Shown: positions 20,645 to 30,617 of the stretch, in pieces | Numbering within the stretch: position 1 is the stretch's first letter | How the letters are laid out: each line of letters starts with the position of its first letter | DNA from: an uncultured virus (IMG/VR IMGVR_UViG_3300030102_004953) | Lineage: Duplodnaviria > Heunggongvirae > Uroviricota > Caudoviricetes | Reading direction: 5' to 3' (one strand) | Length of the DNA stretch: 64,000 bases | IMG/VR virus record: IMGVR_UViG_3300030102_004953 | Notes under the pieces: model-generated | Databases searched by the model: none | What the model saw: only the letters and a program-made list of their open reading frames with translations | Told to the model about the DNA's origin: nothing | Position numbers and translations under genes: made by a program

Positions 20645-21350
20645 ATGCATCAAAAAATGAGCCTGTAAACGATGTATCTACTTCACCTTTAGTGTAGAAC
20701 TCAAGTCTTATTTCTTCAAAATATTTTTTTAACTGAGTTATAACTCGTGTGATATGTTGAGTATTAGAACTTGTCATCTCTCTTATCTGCAAATACAAAT
20801 ACTTTTTATTAAAGTTTTCTATATTGTGTAGATTTTGTAAAAGATATAATACCGAATAAGCAACATCAATATCTTTCTTTCTTGTAAAGATATTTGAGAT
20901 ATTGTTTTCTAAGTACTCACAATAAAAGTCTAGTAGTTCTGAATTACCCTCTTGATATTTTTCATCACCTAATTCGTTTTGAATGTTTCTTTCAAAATCA
21001 GCAACTTGAATATCATTTTGTTGTTTCATCTTTTTATAGTTGTTATTATTATGAAGAATCAAATAATTTTTTGCAACTATACTAAAGTATGAAAAAGCTC
21101 TACCCTTTTCTTGCTTGTACTTATGCATATTGATAATAAGGTTAGAAACCACTTCGTGTTTAACATCTTCACTTGGAACATCAAAGTAATAAAACTTAAA
21201 TGTGTGAATGATATTTTCAACCAACTTCTCCAATGGTTTTCTAATTCTCTCATTGTAGATTTGATTTCTAACTATTGGACTTTCTTCAGCATTGTATTCA
21301 ATGATAGCATCTTCAGTTGGTTGTCCAAAATATATTTTACCTCTTGCCAT
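20643..21350 (-). CDS. Phage RNA polymerase sigma factor (gp55-like, probably late)
   Basis: Region-2-like KGRAFSYFSIVAKNY; size ~235 aa; adjacent to the structural module. Confidence 0.7.
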   Translation of the reverse strand: MARGKIYFGQPTEDAIIEYNAEESPIVRNQIYNERIRKPLEKLVENIIHTFKFYYFDVPSEDVKHEVVSNLIINMHKYKQEKGRAFSYFSIVAKNYLILHNNNNYKKMKQQNDIQVADFERNIQNELGDEKYQEGNSELLDFYCEYLENNISNIFTRKKDIDVAYSVLYLLQNLHNIENFNKKYLYLQIREMTSSNTQHITRVITQLKKYFEEIRLEFYTKGEVDTSFTGSFFDA

Positions 21351-21353
21351 TTG

Positions 21354-21602
21354 TTACTCTCTTTCTATTGCTTTATTTAATTCGTTTACTGTATCTTTGA
21401 TTCCTTCAAAGATTGTTCCTACTTCATCATCTGCTTCGAAGTGACCTGTAGAATCTATTTCCTTTATAATTCTTTGGGTATTCATTATTTTAACAGATAA
21501 GGTATCAATCCACGTTTCTAAGGTTTCAGCTTTACGCATTAAGTTCCATATAATATAACCCTCGATAACAAGTAAGATACCTAATATAATTTCGAATATC
21601 AT
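21354..21602 (-). CDS. Small membrane-anchored protein
   Basis: N-terminal hydrophobic helix. Confidence 0.6.
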   Translation of the reverse strand: MIFEIILGILLVIEGYIIWNLMRKAETLETWIDTLSVKIMNTQRIIKEIDSTGHFEADDEVGTIFEGIKDTVNELNKAIERE

Positions 21603-22390
21603 ACATCATCTCCAAATAGTTCTTTAAATAAATCCTTAGATTTAGAGCCTAATTTATCTTCTTTCTTCTCCACCTGCTTATCATCAGTTTTTAGAACACC
21701 TACCATCTTCTGATACTTCTGTTTATGCTCTTCTTCTTCCACCTCTATACTACGTTTCCACTCATCGTACTCAATCTTAGTAGCCATCATATCTGCTTGA
21801 TGTATAACATATGCGATATTTGATTTTAAAGCCCAATCAGGATTGTAAGACATATAGTAAGATTTATTAGCCTCTTCATACAATCCATCTGCTAATCGTA
21901 AACCAATATACTCATTCTCACTCATTGGTATTTGAAAATGTCCAAGTAAGAATATAGCTCTATCAGTAACCGACATATATTGTAATGCACCATTATGTGT
22001 GAATATCTCACCACGATTCTTTCTATGCCACTCTGATTCTTGTGGTACATAATAATCTTTATCCAAATCACCAACCTTACCTAAGTCGTGATGCATAGCT
22101 GCGAAGATAACTTCTTCTGTAGTGAAGTTAATTCTAGCACCCTCTGCTGCCCAAAGATTCATAACTTTTAATGCACAATCTATAACGTGTAAAACGTGTT
22201 CTACGTAACCACCAATGTGTGCGTAGTGAAATTGTTCTTTACCACTCGCTGGAGCCATACACATTCTATCTTCGAAATGATCGTACATCTTATTCAGTTT
22301 ATCTAAACGTTCACCCTCAAATGTATTGGAAATCAAGTTACGAAGTTGTTCCCAATTCTTTTGGATTTGTTCAGCTGTTAGTTGTTTCAT
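21599..22390 (-). CDS. HD-domain phosphohydrolase (YhaM-like)
   Basis: GGYVEH, HHDLGK, HQAD; start at MKQLTAEQ. Confidence 0.8.
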   Translation of the reverse strand: MKQLTAEQIQKNWEQLRNLISNTFEGERLDKLNKMYDHFEDRMCMAPASGKEQFHYAHIGGYVEHVLHVIDCALKVMNLWAAEGARINFTTEEVIFAAMHHDLGKVGDLDKDYYVPQESEWHRKNRGEIFTHNGALQYMSVTDRAIFLLGHFQIPMSENEYIGLRLADGLYEEANKSYYMSYNPDWALKSNIAYVIHQADMMATKIEYDEWKRSIEVEEEEHKQKYQKMVGVLKTDDKQVEKKEDKLGSKSKDLFKELFGDDV

Positions 22391-23714
22391 ATCTATCCTT
22401 TGTGAATTTAATAGTTGGTTCTTGTCTAAGTTTATTTCTATAACCACTAAAACCTATTCTAACACCCCAACCTAAGTGTTCGATAATGTCTTTTTTAGTA
22501 ACTGATTTTTTCGTATGAATAAAATCAACTATTTTTTTGTAGCTATCTGTTTTTTGTTTTATTGTTTTTAAATTTAATATTGTTTCATCAAGCATATTAT
22601 TAAACTGAGTTATCGCAGATTCCCACTTACACTCTTTAAATCTATCTAATGAACGTTTAGAATATTCCTCTCTAATTGATACATCATCTAAAACCTCTTC
22701 TAACTTTTCTAAAAAGTCATTACTATCGTAGTAGATACCTGCAGAACTTGCAAGTTCACAATAGTAATCAGCATTTAAAAATAAGTAAGGAACACCTACA
22801 CTCATACCATCCGTAGCTGATACAGCCCATCCACTGTATTTCTGTTTTGCACATACACCAATGTAACAAGAAGATAACTTAGAAAAATATCCGAATCTAT
22901 CGTATTTATCATTTGTTAAATATTCTCTACCCTCAGTAGAATCTGCAAGTGGAACCCATACCTCAAAGTCTTGTCTTTGTTCCCAAAGTTTATCCATTTG
23001 TTCTAAAAACCACGGATAGTTTTTGTATGTGTGAGGGCGATGATTGAATACGATAATTTTTTTATCTGTAGTTTGGTTCTCGTATTTTGGAATCTCCCAA
23101 CCAAGATATTGTGGTTCAAGAATCTCATCTAATCTTTTAACTACACTATTATTAAAATGGTTTCTAGCATTTTTTAGAATTAACTTCTTCTGTCCTTGTG
23201 TATTTATACCACACTTATCCATCTCTAAAATACCTAAGAAGTTTACATCCATCATAGTCATACTATAGTTTGTAATCTCAGGAAACTCAGTCCAATGGGT
23301 GTACCCAATAAATCTTGGTTCCATATTTGTATTATTTATGATTGCATTTTTTAGTTGTAAAGTATGTTCAGGCAAATGAGAATACACAATATCATAATCT
23401 CTTTTTTTCCATTGTAATGCTTTTACTATTGTATCATAATCAAAATGAGTTCTCATAGCATTTGGGTATGATGGTAATGGTAATACTAATTGTTCTGTAT
23501 TAGGAAAATCTAAACTATTAATATGATGTGGTGAAAATATTGTAAAATGTATATCATCACGTATCTTATTTAGCTCTCTGATAATATTACATAATACTAC
23601 GACATAAGAATCTTTTTCTAAATCTTGTTGATATGTTATGTTCGGATATACGAGTATATTGTACTTATACTCTTTATCGCTTGTCTTATCTTTTGTAAAA
23701 TTTAATATATTCAC
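22371..23714 (-). CDS. GT-B (family 4-like) glycosyltransferase with C-terminal wHTH-like tail
   Basis: DIVYSH, IVFNHR, GWAVSATDGMSVGVP (variant of the E-x7-E..GxP motif). Confidence 0.75.
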   Translation of the reverse strand: MNILNFTKDKTSDKEYKYNILVYPNITYQQDLEKDSYVVVLCNIIRELNKIRDDIHFTIFSPHHINSLDFPNTEQLVLPLPSYPNAMRTHFDYDTIVKALQWKKRDYDIVYSHLPEHTLQLKNAIINNTNMEPRFIGYTHWTEFPEITNYSMTMMDVNFLGILEMDKCGINTQGQKKLILKNARNHFNNSVVKRLDEILEPQYLGWEIPKYENQTTDKKIIVFNHRPHTYKNYPWFLEQMDKLWEQRQDFEVWVPLADSTEGREYLTNDKYDRFGYFSKLSSCYIGVCAKQKYSGWAVSATDGMSVGVPYLFLNADYYCELASSAGIYYDSNDFLEKLEEVLDDVSIREEYSKRSLDRFKECKWESAITQFNNMLDETILNLKTIKQKTDSYKKIVDFIHTKKSVTKKDIIEHLGWGVRIGFSGYRNKLRQEPTIKFTKDRYETTNS

Positions 23715-24331
23715 GAAAATATCTTTCTTGTCTTTTTATCTAATGGTAAAATGTAGATGTGTTTTGGTGGTAGTGGTTCAGTCCAAATATTCTCATCACC
23801 TTTTTTCATACGTTGTCTAATATTTTCAAACTTAGGACTTTTCTTAGTTAACATTCTGGCGTGATATTTCTCACCATCAGCTATCAACATCCTACTCGGT
23901 TTTGTCATCCCTAAATGTATAAAGTTAGTTGCTTTGTATATAACACCCTCGTGTCCTTGAAAAGTATCCGCATAGGACAGAATAAGCTTGTAATTTGTAT
24001 GCTTTTTTAACCAACTAATGGCTTTACCAATAAAGTAACTTTCTGTATTCTTGACTGTATCATCAATACAACAAAGTCTGTTTAACTCGATAACCCTATC
24101 AGGTGTTTCTGGCATATAACTTTCTGCAACACCAGCCATAGCTGGTATTCCAAACATCATAGCACCAATTAATTTTGGTATCCCAAACTTTCCACTTGGT
24201 GAAAATAATCCGAAACAATAACTAATATGTAAACCTCTTACACTTTTTGAGTAATGATTTTTTCTAACAAAATCTTCTATTGCATTTGTAGGTACTTTTT
24301 CTACAAAATAATCTGTAACTTTATCTTCCAA
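23711..24331 (-). CDS. Mom-like (GNAT) DNA adenine modification enzyme
   Basis: NHYS, ELNRL, LSYAD..QGHEGVIYKATNF..G hallmark motifs of the Mu Mom family. Confidence 0.8.
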   Translation of the reverse strand: MEDKVTDYFVEKVPTNAIEDFVRKNHYSKSVRGLHISYCFGLFSPSGKFGIPKLIGAMMFGIPAMAGVAESYMPETPDRVIELNRLCCIDDTVKNTESYFIGKAISWLKKHTNYKLILSYADTFQGHEGVIYKATNFIHLGMTKPSRMLIADGEKYHARMLTKKSPKFENIRQRMKKGDENIWTEPLPPKHIYILPLDKKTRKIFS

Positions 24332-25520
24332 CTTCGCCTATATATTTTTCTCTTGTTTGTTCCCAATCTAATCCTATGATATCTCCATAGAATAAAATGT
24401 CATCTTTTAACTTGTTGGAAGTTAACAATTTTTCATATCTTTTACAAGCCTTTTTTTTCCACCAATCCATAACACCATCTACATCTTGTTCAAATCTTGG
24501 TTTTAATCTTAACTCACTTTCAGATATTTCACCTCTTAGGTATTCCCTACTATTTTCATAGTAAGTTAGGTAGAATACGCCACGTTTAAATCCGTGTTCA
24601 TATGCAGTTGTCTTTATCCCTAACTCTTGAAATATAAGATTTAATATTCTTTGTTTTACACCCGTAACAGGACCTGAATCCCTATCTTTACTTTGTATGT
24701 GTTTTGCATACTTTTCTGATTTATTATCTTTGTACCAATCGTGCCACTTCTGAAAAAAATCATCATCAGGTTTTAATGAAATTCTACCAGCAGATTCACC
24801 AAGTGTTTTCCAATAAGGAATACCATTATACATAGAGTGTATACCATATAGTGATGTGGTAGTAACTCCAGCTAACTTCTCTCCATATAACTCTTCCCAT
24901 TGTTCTCTAAACGTTTTAGTAGATATCAATGCTGCGATTAATTTACCACCTAAGAAGTTAAATCCAAATGGTTGTGTAGAACATATGGTTGTAGCTATAG
25001 TAGAGTTTTTTAATTTACCATCGGTTAATTTATTATCTTTACTCCAACCAATATAAGAATCTCTAGCACTAATAGCTATAACATCGGAACCAAGACATAT
25101 TACACCAAGTATCTTATTACTTGTCTCATCCATAACAATAAACTTTACGTTTCTACCTGGATTAGCTGTAAACTCCATCGTATGAATAAGTCTACGAATA
25201 AGAGTCCAATATTCATTTTGTCTTGAATCACCTTGTTTGATTGGAATGATTTTTGGTTTTATTGATTGTATCTCTGCTAGTGTTGTTTCTCTATCTAATA
25301 AATTTGTTGGTTTCCATAACTTAGGTTTAATCGTATGAATCTTGCTAGCTTTTTGTCTAATTTCATAATCATTATGATTAAACTCTTTCCACTTTTTATA
25401 AAGTGTAGATTCTTGGACACTCATAGTTTTAAGAAAATCCATATGTTCTATGAATTTTTGCTTTTCATCTTCGTAGATGAACTTATCTGGATCCTCGAAA
25501 AAGTTTTCGAATAACTCCAT
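24321..25520 (-). CDS. DUF4338 / Druantia DruA-like protein
   Basis: PGRNVKF, RDSYIGW, PFGFNFLGGKLIA, TTTSLYG..SMYN, LGESAG. Confidence 0.75.
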   Translation of the reverse strand: MELFENFFEDPDKFIYEDEKQKFIEHMDFLKTMSVQESTLYKKWKEFNHNDYEIRQKASKIHTIKPKLWKPTNLLDRETTLAEIQSIKPKIIPIKQGDSRQNEYWTLIRRLIHTMEFTANPGRNVKFIVMDETSNKILGVICLGSDVIAISARDSYIGWSKDNKLTDGKLKNSTIATTICSTQPFGFNFLGGKLIAALISTKTFREQWEELYGEKLAGVTTTSLYGIHSMYNGIPYWKTLGESAGRISLKPDDDFFQKWHDWYKDNKSEKYAKHIQSKDRDSGPVTGVKQRILNLIFQELGIKTTAYEHGFKRGVFYLTYYENSREYLRGEISESELRLKPRFEQDVDGVMDWWKKKACKRYEKLLTSNKLKDDILFYGDIIGLDWEQTREKYIGEVGR

Positions 25521-25542
25521 TTATAACCTTACATTTTTGTTT

Positions 25543-26097
25543 TTAATTATTAGTGCTAACCCAATCTAACTTTACGATATTAGCATCCGTAAATTTATAT
25601 GGTGGAGCACCTGGTGATTCTAATACATCTATTCGATTCACAAAACGGGCATTCATAACATCACGTACTTGATAGACGCCATCTTTTGCACCGTCTTTTG
25701 TTCCACGTAGAAGCACAAAGTCGCCAAAGTTTAATGCACCCCCCCAACGCTTCAGAAGATTCCTACTAACCGCTATAAACTTATATTCACTAGCTTTAGT
25801 GATTTTTATTCGCGTTCCATCCGCCAGAATGTCCGGTGTAGCATCTGTCTGTTGCGTAACTGGATGATACATTGTAACATCCACTTCTATTCCATTTTGC
25901 TCGTATTTTCTAAGTTGTAACTTCAACTCATCTCGTTCTTTTTCCACCACATCGAGCATTTCTTTCATAGTGTGTTTGTTTTTCTCAATAAACTTCACAC
26001 TAACTAAACCATTAATAATAACTAGCATTACCATCATAACACTTACTAATAGCTTTCGCATAGTATTACCTCTATTGTTACTTATAAATATGTTCAT
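25543..26097 (-). CDS. 3D-domain (peptidoglycan-acting) membrane-anchored protein
   Basis: TMY...QTD...DGT...IAVSRNL...VRDVM...RIDVL; N-terminal TM helix; true start may be 26061. Confidence 0.7.
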   Translation of the reverse strand: MNIFISNNRGNTMRKLLVSVMMVMLVIINGLVSVKFIEKNKHTMKEMLDVVEKERDELKLQLRKYEQNGIEVDVTMYHPVTQQTDATPDILADGTRIKITKASEYKFIAVSRNLLKRWGGALNFGDFVLLRGTKDGAKDGVYQVRDVMNARFVNRIDVLESPGAPPYKFTDANIVKLDWVSTNN

Positions 26098-26106
26098 ATT
26101 TTTCTA

Positions 26107-26136
26107 AATTTAATACTTTTTTGATATTAATGTCAA
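26107..26136 (-). promoter_or_regulatory. sigma70-type promoter
   Basis: TTGACA-18-TAAATT with upstream A-tract. Confidence 0.65.
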
Positions 26137-26176
26137 GCTTTTTTTTTCAAAAAAGTTTTTATTAATGTTTGATTTC

Positions 26177-26581
26177 TCAGTACCAAGTAGGTGGTGAGCT
26201 TTCAGGAAAGTTGTCAGGTAGTGGGTCATCACCATTATTCCAACCCCAACCATCAGCCACACTCATTGAAACTCCTGCTGAAGATGTAGCTATGTATTCC
26301 CAATCATTACCAAATGGTAATGTTGAGCCTGATAAGACTAATGCAGTTCCAAATCCATTCCAACTTCTAAACGCCGTTTCTAGTTCTGAACCTGATGCTG
26401 CATAGTTGTTATCGTGTAACGATTTGGTGCTGTAGTAATATGCAGAGCAAGAGTGAGTAGCTTCTGTTAAGAATCTTACTTCTCGTTCTTCCATATTAAT
26501 AGAGCCAGAGTTAGCCTCAATACGTTGCTGTTTATGCCACGTTGGCTTATAATATATAATTGCTGTGTATCTGTATCCCAT
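26177..26581 (-). CDS. Hypothetical protein
   Basis: GGAG RBS; contains several SGS motifs. Confidence 0.6.
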   Translation of the reverse strand: MGYRYTAIIYYKPTWHKQQRIEANSGSINMEEREVRFLTEATHSCSAYYYSTKSLHDNNYAASGSELETAFRSWNGFGTALVLSGSTLPFGNDWEYIATSSAGVSMSVADGWGWNNGDDPLPDNFPESSPPTWY

Positions 26582-26608
26582 AATTTATTCTCCAAAAATA
26601 AATATCAA

Positions 26609-27190
26609 TCAAAGACTAAATTCTATTCCCACTTTGAACTTGTAGTACTTTTTATCTTTAATATCGTTATAATCGAATATATTACTAAATACTATCTTAT
26701 CCGTGATTTTCCAATTTAAACTTACATTTTCTTCCATATCAAATCTACTATCACCTGTAAGTTCGTTCCTAAATAAATATCCATCAAACTTAGCTTGTAA
26801 AGATAATGTATGATTTATTTCTTTTTTCTTTACAACACCTATAGATACTCCACTTTCAAATGCCTCATCAGAGTACAATCCTGTATAACCAAAACTATAA
26901 CCATCTTTTTGTAAGCGAGTATCCACTTTACCATATTTTAAATTACGAGATGTCTTATTAACATATTGTGGTTTGATGTAGAGTAAGCCAGGTTTCCACT
27001 CAAACCATACCTCATCATCGGTGTAGTTTTGTCCTAACTCTCGTTCCCAATCTCTTTTGAGATACATAGTTTTAGATTTAAATCCTAGAGATAACTCATA
27101 ATCATCTTTTGTGATTGATTCATCATTAGGTGTTCTCATAGCAAAGCTACTGAACAAAACTAATCCGCTAAAAAATCCTTGTAGAATCAT
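26609..27190 (-). CDS. Putative outer-membrane beta-barrel-like protein
   Basis: Alternating aromatic/hydrophobic strands; C-terminus YYKFKVGIEFSL; start MILQGFF with AGGAG RBS. Confidence 0.45.
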   Translation of the reverse strand: MILQGFFSGLVLFSSFAMRTPNDESITKDDYELSLGFKSKTMYLKRDWERELGQNYTDDEVWFEWKPGLLYIKPQYVNKTSRNLKYGKVDTRLQKDGYSFGYTGLYSDEAFESGVSIGVVKKKEINHTLSLQAKFDGYLFRNELTGDSRFDMEENVSLNWKITDKIVFSNIFDYNDIKDKKYYKFKVGIEFSL

Positions 27191-27380
27191 TCTCTGTCTC
27201 CTCTCGTGGATTAATGTAATACGGTGGTGGAACATTTTCTATTGAATCAGATGGTAATTCTGTTCTTATACCTAACCTCTCTTCAAATTTATTTAAGTCC
27301 TCTTCTAATGTACCATTGTAATCTTTCACTATGATAACAAGTGCTAGAACACAATGAAAATAAAACCAGGTTAAGTTCAT
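27168..27380 (-). CDS. Small membrane protein
   Basis: Start MNLTWFYF with GGAG RBS; one TM helix. Confidence 0.55.
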   Translation of the reverse strand: MNLTWFYFHCVLALVIIVKDYNGTLEEDLNKFEERLGIRTELPSDSIENVPPPYYINPREETENDSTRIF

Positions 27381-27688
27381 ATTTGTATCTCCTTCAAATG
27401 TTTTGGAACATTTTGTTGTATATAATGTTGTATCACAAACGCTTCTATAAGATGAGTAAAGAACCAAAAGAAAGAAAGTAAAGGTATATAAATTCTAAAG
27501 TTTAACTGTAAAACAGCTATACCTAACCAAGCTAAGAAAACCATACCAATACTCTTGGTTACGAAACTAGCTCCACTAAATGCTAAACTCATTACACTAC
27601 CTCGTGCTACACAAACGTACACGTTAACAGCCATATGTAAAAGGTTTAAGATTATGGGTGCTAAAACACCTAATAAAAAATACATCAT
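27377..27688 (-). CDS. Multi-TM membrane protein
   Basis: About three hydrophobic helices. Confidence 0.6.
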   Translation of the reverse strand: MMYFLLGVLAPIILNLLHMAVNVYVCVARGSVMSLAFSGASFVTKSIGMVFLAWLGIAVLQLNFRIYIPLLSFFWFFTHLIEAFVIQHYIQQNVPKHLKEIQI

Positions 27689-27689
27689 T

Positions 27690-28427
27690 TTAACTCCTTA
27701 TTGCTTTACTAAACCAAATCTGTAATGATAATCTATCCATAGCCATATTTGATGTTTTGGCTACCCTATGATTTATACCTGTTCTTAAAGTTACAAGTTT
27801 GTTTGGTGTTGGTTTTATCCACCAACCATCTATAACCTCACCTTGAGGTGCATCTTCACCTGCTTCAATTAGTAACTCTCCGTGCCACCTATCCATCCAA
27901 GTACTATGTACGTAAAAGCTACCTGCACCAACTCTTAGAATTTGTTTTGCATTAAAAATCTCTTGCTCGTTTTCATCTAAATCATAAGCACGAGCAGGAT
28001 CGTTATGCCAATCAATACCACCACCTGGTGAATTCCATTTGTAACAATGTATATCTAAGTAATCAAAATCTGAATCAAATGTTGTTACAAACTCTTGTTT
28101 CATTTCAAATATACGCCTAACAAGTGGTTGAAAATAAACATTCAATTCTTCTACAGAATATGGTATCTCTTCATATACTTTTTGATTAGTATCAAGTTTT
28201 TTATGTGAGTATGGATTGTATTGTTTATGCACAAACTCATTTTCACCAAACATACCAACTTGCATTATAGTAGTTTTATTGTAATCTGATACAAGATTCT
28301 TATCCCATATAGATCTTTCGTGAGTATGTTTCATAGAATCTGTTACATCAATGAATTTATTATAACAAAACCATTGAACATTTTGAAAGTCTATTTCAGA
28401 TAATAGATTTTTTGTTACTGAAACCAT
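27690..28427 (-). CDS. 2OG-Fe(II) oxygenase
   Basis: WHND...GEL...NHRV...RLSL. Confidence 0.8.
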   Translation of the reverse strand: MVSVTKNLLSEIDFQNVQWFCYNKFIDVTDSMKHTHERSIWDKNLVSDYNKTTIMQVGMFGENEFVHKQYNPYSHKKLDTNQKVYEEIPYSVEELNVYFQPLVRRIFEMKQEFVTTFDSDFDYLDIHCYKWNSPGGGIDWHNDPARAYDLDENEQEIFNAKQILRVGAGSFYVHSTWMDRWHGELLIEAGEDAPQGEVIDGWWIKPTPNKLVTLRTGINHRVAKTSNMAMDRLSLQIWFSKAIRS

Positions 28428-28436
28428 TTATTTTTT

Positions 28437-29237
28437 TTATTGATTAGGATTTTTTAAGTAGTCCCTTGCTTTATTTATATCATTACGAACAACTGCAATT
28501 TTATTCATCCACCAGCTTGGTAGTGAATCTTCATCATTTAACATAGTTAACATTTGTAATACTTCTTGTGCATCCTCTGCAACTAACTTCATACTTCTTT
28601 TAGCACTAGCTACATCCGTGTGTCCATCCTCAGTTATTGATTCTTGTATAGCCACTTGGAATCCACCTTTAGAACTTTTTAAAACAACCATATTTTTAGT
28701 TATGGTACTTTTTCTTAAATTTTTCATAGATTGTTTATGTACTGCACTTTGAGCATCTTTTAAATTTTTATATATCTTTGGTAATCTTTTAAACTTCATA
28801 GTTTCAGCTGATTCGTTCTTTATACAATTAGGATATCTTTTACCAAATAATACTTTTGTTTTACGAGTAGGATGTATCTTATATCCTTTCCAACACTTTT
28901 CACATAAGCATTGTTTACCCTCTTTTAATTCTTCATCTTCTTCACCTGTACCACCTGGTGATTTTAATTTATAAGTTGGGTCTTCAGCTGACATAACATA
29001 ACCACAACCCTCAAGTTCTAATCTAATTAATTCTCTTAACTTATCTAAGGTTTCTTGTCTTACCTTGTTAGGTAATCCCTTGTGTTTTGTTGAAGCCATT
29101 TTTTTAGTTGATTTCTTTTTCATTGATTTAGCTGCATCTTTTACAGCCTTACTTACTTTACTCGCTGGAACCTCACCCTTTTTATAAGCGTGAACCAATC
29201 CCATAAATCTTTGTTGTGCTTTACTTACTGATGGCAT
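28437..29237 (-). CDS. Modular virion-associated protein (DUF3008-like N-terminus)
   Basis: MPSVSKAQQRFMG...ASTKHKGLP; internal CWKGY...PNC module. Confidence 0.6.
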   Translation of the reverse strand: MPSVSKAQQRFMGLVHAYKKGEVPASKVSKAVKDAAKSMKKKSTKKMASTKHKGLPNKVRQETLDKLRELIRLELEGCGYVMSAEDPTYKLKSPGGTGEEDEELKEGKQCLCEKCWKGYKIHPTRKTKVLFGKRYPNCIKNESAETMKFKRLPKIYKNLKDAQSAVHKQSMKNLRKSTITKNMVVLKSSKGGFQVAIQESITEDGHTDVASAKRSMKLVAEDAQEVLQMLTMLNDEDSLPSWWMNKIAVVRNDINKARDYLKNPNQ

Positions 29238-29238
29238 A

Positions 29239-29601
29239 TTATTTATTTCTATTTAATGCATTTAAAATATCAGAAACTCTAAAATTATCCTTTTCGATAT
29301 AATATTTATCCTCACGATTCTTCAAGATTTTTTTGATGATATTTTTCTCACCCGCTGTAATCTTGTATCGTTTTTGTTTTTGTAACGATACCTCTCGTTC
29401 TACACCACCACCTGAATAGTAAGGGTCTTGATGAGCAAATTTTGGTTTGGTTACGAAAGAAACAATTTTAGATGATTCATCTCGAGCGGCGGGGAAATTA
29501 TCTGTTACCAAAGTTATCTCCTCACCTTTATTATCTTTTTCTTTATATGCAAAGCCTGCATCTGTTTTTTGCTCTGTCAATAAATCTTTGAGTTTTATCA
29601 T
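29239..29601 (-). CDS. Putative internal head protein (MIKLKDLLTE leader)
   Basis: Shares its N-terminal leader with two other genes. Confidence 0.55.
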   Translation of the reverse strand: MIKLKDLLTEQKTDAGFAYKEKDNKGEEITLVTDNFPAARDESSKIVSFVTKPKFAHQDPYYSGGGVEREVSLQKQKRYKITAGEKNIIKKILKNREDKYYIEKDNFRVSDILNALNRNK

Positions 29602-30617
29602 TGGAACTTTCCTTGTAGTATTCTGCCAGCTTTGGCTCCAACATCTCTAGCATCATCCTCTGCACGATAGTAGGATAGTTTTCCACCCTTTTTCTTTTCT
29701 TGTTCCTCATCATATTTTGATGATTCAATATATCTTCCGAAAGCACCATATAAATCTTCCATTGAACGTGTGATGCGAGACATATACTCGTATACCTTTT
29801 TCTCTTCATTTGTAGTCCAACTATTATACTGCTTTAGTAACCTATCAAACTTAGCTGATGGTTTACCACCGATAGCTGCGGCTATCAATCCATTGGTAAA
29901 ATCTTTTGCTGCTTTTACTTTAGCATTCACTTTATTTTTATCTTTGTATGTCTGGCGAAGTAAATTTCTATATTTTCTTTCGTTTTCATCTCTGAACTCA
30001 CCATCGGTTTTCCACCTCCAAGAACCCTGACCAACTGCGTATCTCATTTCTCTTTTTTCTTTACCACCCATATAAGGCATATTTTCATCTAAAGTAACTT
30101 GATAGTAAACAATGCCAGGTAGTGATTGAACAGCAGATAAACTTTGGTATCCAAACTTATCGATACCAAAAGACATCTTATCATCACCATATAGTGAACT
30201 TCTTATACCAGCTTGCATCCCCATACCTTTTCCTGTAGCCCCTTTACGTTTTCTGTCTACATTTCTCCAAGATTTTGTATACCAAAGTGGTTTACCATCT
30301 TTTAGTACAATAAGTGCAGTACCCTTTTCTACTTCTGAAATCGAATTGTAATCACCATATCTTTTTTTAGATGGTAATGTAATCTTTTTTGTTGCGACTG
30401 CAAACTCTATACCTTTTTTCTTAGGTTTTGGATTCTTTTCGATTTGGCTATCTGTAACCTTATCCCATTGAACACCAAGTTTTGCACCATAGGTGAAGAA
30501 GTCTCTATCTAAACCTTGAAAGTTATTCACCATTTTTCTAAGAATGGAACTTCTAAATGCTTCTGATAATACACCTGAAGATTTGGATTCTCTTATAATA
30601 TCTTTTAATTTAATCAT
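29598..30617 (-). CDS. Putative internal head protein (MIKLKDIIRE leader)
   Basis: Shared N-terminal leader; basic protein. Confidence 0.55.
   Translation of the reverse strand: MIKLKDIIRESKSSGVLSEAFRSSILRKMVNNFQGLDRDFFTYGAKLGVQWDKVTDSQIEKNPKPKKKGIEFAVATKKITLPSKKRYGDYNSISEVEKGTALIVLKDGKPLWYTKSWRNVDRKRKGATGKGMGMQAGIRSSLYGDDKMSFGIDKFGYQSLSAVQSLPGIVYYQVTLDENMPYMGGKEKREMRYAVGQGSWRWKTDGEFRDENERKYRNLLRQTYKDKNKVNAKVKAAKDFTNGLIAAAIGGKPSAKFDRLLKQYNSWTTNEEKKVYEYMSRITRSMEDLYGAFGRYIESSKYDEEQEKKKGGKLSYYRAEDDARDVGAKAGRILQGKFQ

Noticed and set aside
24321..25520. Complete Druantia defence system
   Set aside because: Only a DruA-like gene is present; no DruE helicase or other Dru genes in the window
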